Shown: one piece after another, positions 52,501 to 64,000 of the stretch
How the letters are laid out: each line of letters opens with the position of its first letter
Position numbering within the stretch: position 1 is the stretch's first letter
Assembly: GCA_040954595.2 (NCBI GenBank)
Contig: CM082598.2
Coordinates: 3,962,607-4,026,606, forward strand
Direction: 5' to 3'
Source of the DNA: Balanoglossus misakiensis
Taxonomy: Eukaryota > Animalia > Hemichordata
Length of the DNA stretch: 64,000 nt
The notes under the pieces: generated by a model
Told to the model about the DNA's origin: nothing
Databases searched by the model: none
The model's input: only the letters and a program-made list of their open reading frames with translations
Position numbers and translations under genes: made by a program

Positions 52501-53784
52501 AATAACAATTTTTTCCTTCATTTTAGACTGCATCCTGTACAGCTTGACGAAAAAATCTCGCCTTGATTGAAAACCCTTAAAAAGTAGGTCCCGGAACAAA
52601 GGAAATTTCATTTTTCCAATAAACGCCATGAAAGCCACAATCACAACTGCATACGCCCGGCTATTTCCCACAGTCCCCGATAACAATCTCCCCATTCAGC
52701 TTTATCAAACCACGATTTCATTCGATCACTGGTATTTTCCTATATGCCCTCTGCATCTTTCATCGCCATGGCAACCAGCGTACTCTAAAATTAATGACGT
52801 TATTGTCAATCACGGACACACCTGGTGAATTCTGAACAGAGGGGGAACTCAAGCACACAAATGGAGCAATCGGCAAAACGCCATTAAACCTTACTACGAA
52901 TTATCACCAGTGAGTAACTATTCCATCGGCTTGTCAGTTACTATTCACACTTTTTCTCCAAGAATGAGGAAGTTATTTAAAGCTTTCCTCCCATTTCAGA
53001 GAATTATTCACCAGAGGTTATTTAAAGCTTTTCCTTCCATTCACCTGAACTGTCACAAAAAGGATGCACTTTGAGGTCCTGTGTTTCCCACACACGCAAA
53101 GCTGTACTGAGTATTAATTTTATTCTGAATCTTAACAGGTGCTTAAATTTCACAAAGGAGGAGGTGGAGATGCTATATTTTCACAGCACCTTCAGCTGTG
53201 CCATGTATCCATCACGTCAAATATTAATTGCAAACACATTTTCACCGACAAGCTCGTCTGAAATTTTGGCTGCAAAAACAGGCAACTGGATTTTTACCAC
53301 AAGAATTGTGTGATTTTGTTAATTTATAATGTGGTCAAATTTGTGCACTTCCGTGGTTGCCAGGGCAACATCAACCAATACTTTCGGGTCACCATCTTGT
53401 ATAATGAGTTAACATATATCAAGCCTGACATTTACAACTCTCTCTCTCCCTATATCGAGAAAGATATAATCTTCATTTCGACTTGGTGCAAAATGTCAAA
53501 GTACTTATATATCTGCGACAGAAATACTAGATTACTTTGACATTTCAAACTGTTTTCTTGATTTTCAAAGCTGATTCAAAATGATTGTTAGTGAGATTGT
53601 CTGCAAAACTTTCAAATGTGAAATTCATAGACATAAAACTATGTTTTTTATCGTCGATATGGATGAAACCCAACTCTCAAATTATGTCCTGCTTACAAGC
53701 TAGGTGAGAGGATTGATTCGATGACTGACATTTCAGTGTTATGTCTACAGTACAAGCAGGGTGACATTGACAACAGAAATTTAA

Positions 53785-53970
53785 AGGTATACGGTCACCT
53801 ATGGAAAATTAGCTACAGTTGCCATGGCAAATTGAGATCTAGCCAATCACAGAATTTTAGTGGGTGGCACATGCGAAAATAAGAGCGCTACCATAATGTT
53901 CTTTAGAACACTCAAATACGCCATTTCAGCCATATATGGTCGTATGTAAATTGGAGGTGACTGTATACCT
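53785..53970. mobile_element. 186-bp Kolobok-like MITE
   Basis: TTAA|AGGTATACGGTCACCT ... AGGTGACTGTATACCT|TTAA, 16-bp TIR with one mismatch. Confidence 0.8.
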
Positions 53971-55621
53971 TTAACCAATAGTCATTTCTTGCACATTCCC
54001 ATGGAGAGAGAGAGAAAGACCTCTCGCAGGTGGCACACACTTCAACACTCTATTCCAATACATCAATTAAACCCACTTTCCACACCATCAAACCCATCTC
54101 ACATCACTTCTTTCTGCATTCACACACCCCTGCAGGTGTTTTGGTCAATTTTTATTGAGGTCGATAATTACATTTACTACTCAGTAAGAGCCTACGGTTT
54201 ATATCAAACTAAATTTCACCACAACTTCTTTTCACACCAAAACCTCCTGAGGATGAAACGACCTTCAAGATATCCTCATTGCACCACTACTGATAGAAAC
54301 AGTTAAGGGATTTTCATGCCACCATTTGTTACCATTAAAGCGCGTAGCTTGTCTCACATGCATGTTCCAGCTGTAGCCGCTGGTTACAGACGTTTAGTGA
54401 ACAGTCAATCCCATAAGGCAGTGCTCTGTCATTTTTAACAGAGAAGATGGCGGCAACCATATTCTGTGTCGGAGATCGTGAAAAGACACTAGCTTGGGTG
54501 AACGAGGGACAAATCCAGAATATCTTACACGGCTGTCCACTATTTGAATGCATCGAATGGAAAATTTGCTGGGAAGTTATGTGCATGCGCGTGAGACAAG
54601 CTACTCGCTTTAAATACAAAACACAGAAATAAACCATCAGTTGTAAAATCTATTTTTGTTCGTTTGGGGGAGTAGAGATTTACGCACACATGGGTACAAA
54701 TCCCCAGATACATCAGATATTGAGTCTGAAAGCTAGCTGTCATATATCAGTAGTATATTTCTGCAACAATTGTCATTATATCCCAGGGCAAGTTATCTTA
54801 TGAGTTGATGAGTGACATGTTCCTATTAGGGTCCATCTCAACGCTGTCATTTTTTGGCATGATCTCAAATTGATGCAGTGCATATTTTGATACTCTTGTG
54901 ATATTATAAATACCAGAAATTTTTGGAAGATTTTCCTTTATTAATTTTCACCAAAATGTGAAAAGACAAAATCATGCCACTGATTGCTTCTTCTTCTTCA
55001 TCATCATAGCAATGGTCACCATGGAAACTCAGAAAAATGATGGATGTGAGAGCCATCATGAAAAACACATAAATCGTCACAACTTGGGAGAGAATTCACT
55101 TTACTGGTTAAATATTTGCAGAGTAAAGCACTAGCCCACTCTATTGAATAAGATGATTCAATCTACCAATATGCCGGTGGATTAATAATTTATTTGCTGT
55201 GCAATAATTTCATTAATGACCTGATCAATGCACTTGAACACGACAGCTGCCATTTCATCACCGTGGCCTGCGTGTGTGGCTGACGTTTTCAGAGTTCAAC
55301 TAAAAGGTATACACAATTACAAGCATGACTCAGAGCTTGACCTCGGGACGGTGATATAAATGAACGCTATTCTTTAGTCACAGTTGCGTTTTTCTCTGAG
55401 GGTTACGCGTCAAGGCTGTTAAATTTTTACTACAAACATAATGACAGTGGCTACTACCAGTCAGGATAATTTCTACAACAGTGGGGGACATATACATTCA
55501 ATGCCAGGTTAACATTTTATTCTCATGAGCCATATGTACTCCACTATGCTTCACAAGGCCTGTAGCTAACAACGATGACCAATATTTGATACAGTCATGC
55601 CTAATAGATTAAAATCATATA

Positions 55622-55825
55622 CTGTAAAACACTTTATTTTCGCGAGTTGAAATTATCGCGATATCGAGAGAGGCCACTGTTTCGCGAGGATTAATTTTCA
55701 CGTTCTCTTATTTCATCAATGCATGGTTATCTTTAAAAAAATTACATGACTTTTTATTTTCACGCTATTTTCGCTCTCGCGTATTTCGCGAAAATTTAAT
55801 GCTCGCGAAAATAAAGTGTTTTACG
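55622..55825. mobile_element. TA-flanked MITE, family C (CTGTAAAAC termini, TTCGCG-rich)
   Basis: TA|CTGTAAAACACTTTATTTTCGCGAG ... CTCGCGAAAATAAAGTGTTTTACG|TA, about 24-bp TIR. Related to 63102-63310. Confidence 0.82.
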
Positions 55826-57201
55826 TAATTTGAAAGATGGTTATAGAAGTACATGTAAAGGGTGAGCTTTGCATAGTCAACGAATGAACAATCCTTGAAA
55901 GGTGGCAGTACTCAAATGTCATCTTTAATTTATCATTGAGGTTAAAACCTACATCACCATTAGACATTTTCGTTGCCATTACACGACTTGACACTGTTTG
56001 TCGAAGCAATTTTTAGCCCATGAAACAGAATCATGACATTTTCACAAGCTGACCTCTTTGTACTGAAACCTATTTATGTGTGTATTGGTGACATTTAATC
56101 TAGAATAATTTTTTTACTTTTAGACTCAGCAAGAAATCAATGTCTTGTGATAAATTACTTGGGTTTTATGATCAACACGGAAATTAAAATTAGAATGGGG
56201 CATTGTGGGATTGCAATGGCAACCAAAACAGTTCACATTAACTCGGCCATTGAAACATATCACTTGATTGTGAAATACAGATTTATTCGGGTTGTGAACA
56301 GGCTGGGTTAAAAAACAGAACCAACAGATTATAGTAATGCTAGCAGATACATTTGTCTGTGAAGGTGCATGAAAAATGGCAACCGAACTTCTTTGTTGCC
56401 ATGACTACACTCTAGCAGCCGAGATCATCAAATCTCAGGGAACCGTTTGATAAATACCACTGATGGATAATGGAACCACTTTAATCACAACTGTGTGCTT
56501 TTAAGAGTAAATTTCACGTTTTTTTAATACCTGTGCTAACAACATGACTAGGCATAATTGCATTAAGATGCAATCACTACATCCATTGCCATGGCGACGT
56601 AAAGATATTACCGAAAGAATTGCAATTTCAGTGATTGGGTACGGAAGATAGTATTGAATTTGCTTAGATGTGGAGTATACAGAATCAACAACCTATAACC
56701 TATAAAGTTCTCAATGTAAGGTATTTCGCCTGTGGACAGGATATTTAACCAACAGCAACACATGATGAAAGAAAGTATTCTTCACCCAGAATTTTAATAC
56801 ATAACTTAAAAACTTGTTTTAAGATGGCTTACCGGTAATTATTACCAGTAGACGTCGTTCAAGGTTTACTTTCTTCTTGACAAAACCAATGCTTAAATTT
56901 ATTATTTTTCATTAAAAATCAGAATTACCAACAATTTGGAATTCAAAATGGCTGCCAAATTATCTGTTAACTCTGCTATGAGAATTAGAAATCATGAATA
57001 CCAAAGATCAAAACTTATCTTCGATGCTCGAAGTACTCTTGAAATTTTTGAAAAAATTTAATTAAAACCTCCTTAATTCACATTTTTGCTAAAAAAAATA
57101 AGCATCTCCCAGCATGATGAAATGTGTACAAATTAAATCACTCAAAATATCTATGATTACTATCATCACTTCTTTCCTGCTGGTTTAAACACCAACTCTG
57201 A

Positions 57202-57285
57202 CCTTTTCACCCCTATATCCAAGTATACTGGTCCAACACAACCATATATGACAATGGGGTAAACCACAGTTCACTGGCAGAAGGG
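57202..57285 (-). mobile_element. Diverged piggyBac-like MITE, family A, opposite orientation
   Basis: ccttttcacccc...ggtccaac..acca...acaatggg...gaaggg|TTAA follows the reverse complement of family A. Confidence 0.55.
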
Positions 57286-58277
57286 TTAAAGCTATTTTAG
57301 GGTGGATTCTATACAGAGGTTGTGTGACACTTTAAAAATATCCCCAAATATGTTAAGTACCACCAACGCACGTAACAGAGGTGAATGACCTCAGCAAATC
57401 TCCGAGTTTATACTTGTTGGTATTTTTTTCTGATAACCTTTGTGACTGAACATCTTTCAAGTTTCATTCATCATTACACGCTGTCTGACCTAGCATTTAG
57501 TGTGTCTGCAGTTGAATCGAGTCAGAGAAAATAGTTGTATATGTAGCTGATAATAGCATAAAAGTGGCTACACCAATCTTCCGGTACTTTCCATGAGCAA
57601 ATTTCAATTTTCCAGGACTTTTCCCGGAGTGGTTTCGAATTTCACTAAAAAGCTCCCATAGGAGTTCTGAATATCGCAGATATTTTCATCACAAAAATGG
57701 TCATCATGTTACTTTGATGAAAATTCTGACCATATGAAATTTTGCTTTTTGCAATTTTCTTTATTAAACTAAATTCCCCACTACACGCGTTGCAAATTGG
57801 TTCCATACTAATTCATCTCAGATATCAGTCAACTACGATATCCACAAAACCACACCGCGGCTAGATTATCAAGACATTTTCTCATTCTGAGGAAAGATGA
57901 AGCAAAGATTATACAGAATGAGTAACACTGGGTTCTTTTCATTCCAGTCTAAATCCTGAAATCCAACCGACTTATAAAAATCACTGCACCAATCATTCTC
58001 CGGAGATTTAGACAGTTGACGATGACTCATATTTTGGTGTTCCTTCCAGCATCTTTACTCAGGTGTGTAGGCAGACAACTGTCAATATGGATTATACTTC
58101 AAGTAATCTGTGTAGAATCTTAACTTCTCGAGAGAAGCAGCCACCAGAAAATGATGAGGACTACTACTTCGTTTGATTCACTGGAAAATTTCAAGTGCCT
58201 CTCTGAAGTTTACGCTGTCTTTATGAAAAGACTGTACTGAGAACACCAACATCATCACCTTTTGGGGAATTGGACTA

Positions 58278-58508
58278 CAGTCGAAGCTGTCTATAGTGGC
58301 CAGTCAAGGGGCTTTCCTAAACCGGCCTTTATAGACAGTTGGCCTTTATATAGAGGTTAATTAATGCACATGTGAATTGCACAGGGACTGTACTATATAG
58401 AGGTGGCCACTAACACAGGTTTGACTGTACCGGTACATGTAAATTGCACAGGGACAGTGTAACGAAGTGGCCACTATATAGAGGTGGCCACTAACACAGG
58501 TTTGACTA
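58278..58508. mobile_element. Tc1/mariner-type MITE, family B, with tandemly duplicated right end
   Basis: TA|CAGTCGAAGCTGTC ... ACAGGTTTGACTG|TA (to 58427), followed by a second copy of the last roughly 65-75 bp. Confidence 0.8.
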
Positions 58509-59603
58509 CAGTTGCAGTTCCTCAAAACTTCATGAAGTCTAGATATGATTTGTACAAAAACATCTACATTGTAGGTATGACTAAGAATTGCCTTCTGATC
58601 TCTGGCTCTGTAAATATTTGAAGGCATATTGAAATCAAACATCACACTTTGTTATCCATCATCTACAGACATGCAAACACATTCACAGGTACATAAACTA
58701 TTTTTGTAATGCAAACAGCCAGCGCCTTTGACAGGTAATTTGCATGTGATTTGCATGTCTGTACTTTTACTATCCTTTCCATTACTGTAAAATTCTTTTT
58801 GACCAAAAATGGGCTGGATTGATGTTTCGTTAGAATTCTTTTCAGAAAAAATTGTAGCAAATCAGGAATATTCTCATGGATATATACCATTGTTTCAACT
58901 GAGATGTCTCCGTAAGGACAAAAAACTCTTCCTATAAATTGTTGTGGAGTATTGAGTTATCTAGCGGGACCTCAAATGACTTTATTATGGAAGATTGTCA
59001 TCCTCTTGTGCCACAAATCCCCGCTTCAATTTTTGACAGACAGGGAAAGCTAAATCCCGCAATTCCCCTGGCCTTGATGAAACTGGTCCGGAACTGCAGA
59101 GTTCTGCATACATATTTGTCTCAGTAAGAAATGCTGACTTCAATAAACTCAAGAAATAACAATCTGAGACCTATTTCTCTCTCCAGCAATTTCCTCCCTT
59201 GATAATACAGTGTGTTCTCATTTTTAGACGGTCGTCCGATGCAGGTGACGATATCACACAATACAACAACACCAACGACATGATTCGGCCTCCGGCAAAA
59301 GACACACACGTTGAATACCAAGTGGAGAAAGTGCTATACGCCTGGCAAATTTGACGCGCTCATGGAATCGTAACTCGAAGCAACATGCCATCGGTAATAT
59401 TACACTGTATTGCTGGTTAAGCTCTCGTCATGCTTAAGAAACCTCTTTGCACGATTGCAAACTACGACTTGAATCAACAATGAACATTTTTACGAGTTGG
59501 GATGAAAACAGGTGTTTCTATATAATCACATTCTCATGTCTTCATGTCTGTGCAAACAACTACAATTTCTTGTTCTACTCACTAAAGCATGTTGAAATGT
59601 ATA

Positions 59604-59775
59604 CAGTGAAACCTGTCATTACGAACACCTCTCTAATCAGGACACCTCTCTATTAAGGACAGATTTTTCAAGACAAAAGTCACGGGTTGAATAGAATATT
59701 ACCTGTGTATTAAGGACACTTGTCTATTTACATATTTCTGGTCCTAGAGGTGTCTTTAATAGACAGGTTTCACTG
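59604..59775. mobile_element. Tc1/mariner-type MITE related to family B
   Basis: TA|CAGTGAAACCTGTC ... GACAGGTTTCACTG|TA, perfect 14-bp TIR. Confidence 0.85.
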
Positions 59776-62700
59776 TACATGCACATGTAAAGTGCAATGC
59801 TATTATGACATTTGAATTTTAGTCCAGACTAATATTCAATCGTCAGCAACAATATTGCTGGGCCACCAGTCAAAGGTCTCGTATATATCTCCAGTCAACT
59901 ATTTTAACTCAGAAGTAATTAAACCATGACTTTCGGTGGAATTATAGAAATGTCCTCAATTGCATCATTCAGTAATGTTCTGTCTAGAAAACCTTGCTGT
60001 AGATTTCTATGGCCAGAAAAGCAATAACCACTTTTGGATATGCATGTCTGTTCCATTTGGTTGGAGTGATGCGTTCTAGGAAAGTACATGCCCTTTGGCC
60101 TCACTGATTCACTATGGAGATGAAAGCTGTTACATTACAGCTACATAATTCTAGCAATACAATGATACCTGGATGGATGTTACTAGTAATATGAATGCTC
60201 CGGTAATATGAAATGTTTTATTTCTGCTCTAAATTACAGCTGCAATGGATTAAAAACCTACATCATTCCCATGATTCATCATAGGTACATGTTGCCCATA
60301 AAAGGTTGATTTTGAAAGCGTTTTCTGCAGTAGCATGTAATGTAATATCTGAAAAATTACATGAGTGTTAATTTCACTCATTCAAAACCATGGTATGGTC
60401 CAAATGGATTGTTTATTATAGTACAGTTGATGGCCATCTACAGATGGATGGAACGAAGACTGAACCAAATGAACAGATGTTGGCTGATGGAATGAATGAT
60501 AAAAATAACTCTGAAATGGGATGTAATGCGCATATGTAGTCAATGATAACGTCTGATTGATGTAAAAATTGGTTGAGCAGAAAGCAAGATAAAGCATTTC
60601 CCTTGTGACACATCAAATATGACCCTTGCTATTTGCCCAAAGAAATTGTAAACTGCATTGCTATATTTTTGGCTTTATGCTATTTATAATCTATGTACCA
60701 AGAAAGACACTGTACACCAAATTTTCCACTAGGCTATACACATGATACATGTATATCCTAGTATCTGGCGGTATTGGAAGCAAAGCAGACAAAATACAGT
60801 TAGATACTAAGGCTAATACACATACTAGTGAGCCACTTTCTATGGCCAAAAGTAAAATCTAACGTTCCCAGAATTTTGACAATAACCTTACAGAGGCCTC
60901 TGTCTTCATTCCCTGAAAGTAATTAAGAAGTCAAACTCGACTCTAATGAACTGAGAAACAATGATGTAATTTCAATAATTATGATAATAAAATCCTTTAA
61001 CTGTGCCATAAATGAAAACTCATCCTGCACAGCAAATTGAATCACCTAGACTTCATTAATTAATTCAAACCAAAAATTTAGTTTTTGTGCATTAGGATGA
61101 TTACAGGATGCCCTCCGTTGGATTTTGGGGAGAAAAAAGATTCTGAAACTCATAACATGCATGACATTTTGCAAATGGTGGAAACTATGGTTAAAGTCTG
61201 TCATTAATGATTGATCGTACAGCAATAAATGGCTTTTAAGTTTCAGTTTATAAACAAAGCTATCATACAATAATCCGATGAAGTTTCAGATTAATTCCTG
61301 CACGAAAGATTGATTTTTCAGTATGCATCATACAAATTATTATTTAGAATAAATGTGTTTATAAAATGTACAGCTGGCCCAGACGATGGATGCACCAATA
61401 CAAAAACACATCATTTTTTTACGTGTTCCCATCACATCTGTTTCTCACCATTCAAATTTCATAAAGAGAACGCAATTCACTTTTCCTTTCAGTGATTTTT
61501 GTCCCGAATCATTTTTTCTCACTGAGAAATATAGATTAAAGAGTGTAATACACAGAATAAGCTGATACACTGAGGTATATTACGATGAAAATAACGTCCA
61601 CTCACAAAAGCATTTTCTGTGTTTATTCACAGATTTACTTTAAGCTGTCCCTGTATTTATCAGTGTAAAAAAGATATATTTTTTTTATAAGCAACGATAT
61701 TACTTGGATTGGATATAACAGTAGTTTTGCATCATCAGTTTTATGATATTATGTATATTTGTTTGTAGACTACATCAGAAGTGTTGAGGATTTTTACAGC
61801 TTTTTATGCAATTTTATCCGGTAATCACTGAAAGAGAAATTTTAAAGAGAAATGCTTGCTAGGGGCTGCTATTTTAGGAGGTCAAAGGTCAAGTCATTGC
61901 AATAGTCACTTCGGGAGAAGTCCCATTTACCCTAAATATAACAACACTGGCCTTCACATCAGATTTTTTTTTTCAGATCAGAAATTAAAAATCAATCCAG
62001 ATTCCGTGTCATTTGCGTATAAATTGAAAAAAATAACATGCTTGGAAAACGCTGTCCTTTGTGGTGAGGACAACACTACCATATAACCCTACTCGCAATG
62101 CAGACTATTTATAACGGTGCAAAATTTATGACCTGTCAGATGCAAAAGAGGGAGCGTTGCCGGGGGAAACCAGATCCATCAATTTTCAGAGTCGTGATGA
62201 AGGATACAAACCTGACCTACTTTTTGTGTCTCTGGATCTATAAAAGATCACCGTTTCCAAAAATTACCCGATATGACCTTTAAGAAAGTCAACAAGCTCT
62301 CCATTAAGCGCACGTTTTGCTCTTTTCAATGAATTTGAAGGGTGATAAATTTATATGATATTGGCTTACTGAGGTTTAAGTTATGTTCTTAATCGAAAAA
62401 CATCATGAAAACTTGACGAACAAGACACTACCATACAGCACTGTTTCCTTTTATAATTTTAACCACCCACAGAAATAATTTCTCTAATTTTAAGAATAAT
62501 TCATGCTCTGAAGTCCCTTTCCAAATTGATTCAGCTCTACTTCTTTTATTATAAAATTTTCAACTTTCACTTTTTATCAATTTAAGTGCTTGAATCATGT
62601 ATTTTAATTAATATTTGGAAAAATGGACAAGATATGACAAAAATACTAGTTTGCTGGACGACTATTCCATTGGCATCATAGTCCACATGCACTGACATCT

Positions 62701-63101
62701 CACTTTATCATCAGCACTTTTCTTTGTATATTACGTAAACCAAGTTAACTGCACAATTCTTTCTGATTATGGGAAAGGAAATCCCCGCAACAAAGCCATA
62801 CATCTTTCACAGGAAATGTCTCGACTTGTATTATCATTAAATGCAAATCCCAAACAATTGAAAGAGAAGAGTGAAAAACGATAGAAACCGACAAGCTCTA
62901 CCCACAAGAATTATTTTTTTCTGTTCACTGTTGCTACAGCAACCGTTTCACAATGATGATAATTTTAATGATTTTTCTCCGTATTGTAAAGCACATGTGT
63001 AATGTTATCGGTCACCAAAAAATTTCGAGGGATGGGGGGGGGGGGGGTCTACATGTGGTGAAAATAAGTTTGCCAAAGCAGTTGTCTCTTTCCAGAGAAT
63101 A

Positions 63102-63310
63102 CTGTAAAACGGGTTATTTTCGCAAGCAATAAATTTTTGCGAAATATGCAAGAGCCAAGAAAACGTGAAATAAAAAGTCACATAAAATGGTTTTCGTAGA
63201 TATTGATGCAGTAAGTGAAATACGAAAACGCCAAACTTAATCCTCGCGTAACAGTTGCCTCTTTTGATATCGCGAAAATTTCCTGTCGCGGAAAATAACC
63301 TGTTTTACAG
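63102..63310. mobile_element. MITE, family C
   Basis: TA|CTGTAAAACGGGTTATTTTCGC ... GCGGAAAATAACCTGTTTTACAG. Confidence 0.8.
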
Positions 63311-64000
63311 TCTAGTGCTGCCAAATATTTGTCGGCATCTGACTGAAATATGTCAGCATCTGAAGCACAGATGAAATTTTTGTGTGAACCCACCAAGGGA
63401 TCAGTAATTAAACCTGGCTTGGCAATGCTCAAATTTGGGATGATGCAAGGTCATGAGCATCTTCGCCTGCCAAGGTCTTTGGTCTCAGAAAATTACGGAG
63501 ACTGTAGCCAAGCTAACGACCCATCCAAGCGGACATTACTATGAAAATATTATCCTTTGTTTTTCAACTTAAAAAATGAAAAATGCTAGTCTAACAATGC
63601 TAGTATTTGAAAACCACAAATGACTACACACCTTAGTCTACTGCAGCAGAAATATTTAACGACTAAGGGTTCAATTCCTAACATTTTAGAGCAAAATATC
63701 ACATTTTCTGATGAATTTTTAATCATCTACAAATAAGGTCTGGCCATTCAGTTAAATTCAGATGACCCCGAGCTAGTTTATAAATTATGCAAATACTTGT
63801 GATCACAAAAGTAGGCTTGCGACAATAAAGAGCTGCAAAATTTTTGTATTGAATACATCTCCATTCGCGATACCCTTGATGCCACTGTTGTACGTCTTTT
63901 GTCCTTGTACTAGTGAATACCAAGTTCAACTACAGCATGATTCATCTGCTGTCAGCCTACGCACATTTTTTCCCGGAAAAAAAAATGGCACTTTTTCCGC

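Larger units (their letters stand above)
52762..56598. promoter_or_regulatory. Candidate regulatory region: cluster of RFX X-box-like motifs around a YY1 motif
   Basis: X-box-like 14-mers at 52762, 53356, 53818, 55015, 56395 and 56585; AAGATGGCGGC at 54444. Motif matches only. Confidence 0.35.

Noticed and set aside
52384-52695. 103-aa minus-strand ORF as the missing NAV first exon
   Set aside because: No good phase-0 GT donor and no NAV-like sequence.
63667-63679. Pol III B-box-like GGTTCAATTCC (tRNA or SINE)
   Set aside because: No A-box or cloverleaf in the flanks.

Overview
AT-rich, intron-rich animal genomic DNA, most likely a marine invertebrate (inference; the species cannot be fixed from sequence alone). 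The window is the 5' half of one large minus-strand gene, a neuron navigator (NAV / unc-53 / sickie family). Six GT-AG exons splice in frame: 45174-45057, 44301-44249, 21897-21825, 21191-21099, 20527-20276 and 18275-16163. They give a complete calponin-homology domain followed by a long Ser/Thr/Pro-rich region with SxIP motifs and the NAV 'SGY-SDG / SGYMSEGG' motifs. I did not find the first coding exon or the coiled-coil/AAA-ATPase exons, which probably lie outside the window. The introns hold several short non-autonomous DNA transposon (MITE) families, microsatellites and a 91-94 bp minisatellite. Almost all short ORFs in the supplied track are intronic noise. No prokaryote-type system, RNA gene or CRISPR array is supported. 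The best leads are a phase-matched internal alternative first exon (12435-12380), two frame-preserving candidate cassette exons (45 and 69 nt), a possible nested antisense two-exon microprotein gene (24205-26248) and a cluster of RFX X-box motifs. All of these need transcript or comparative data.
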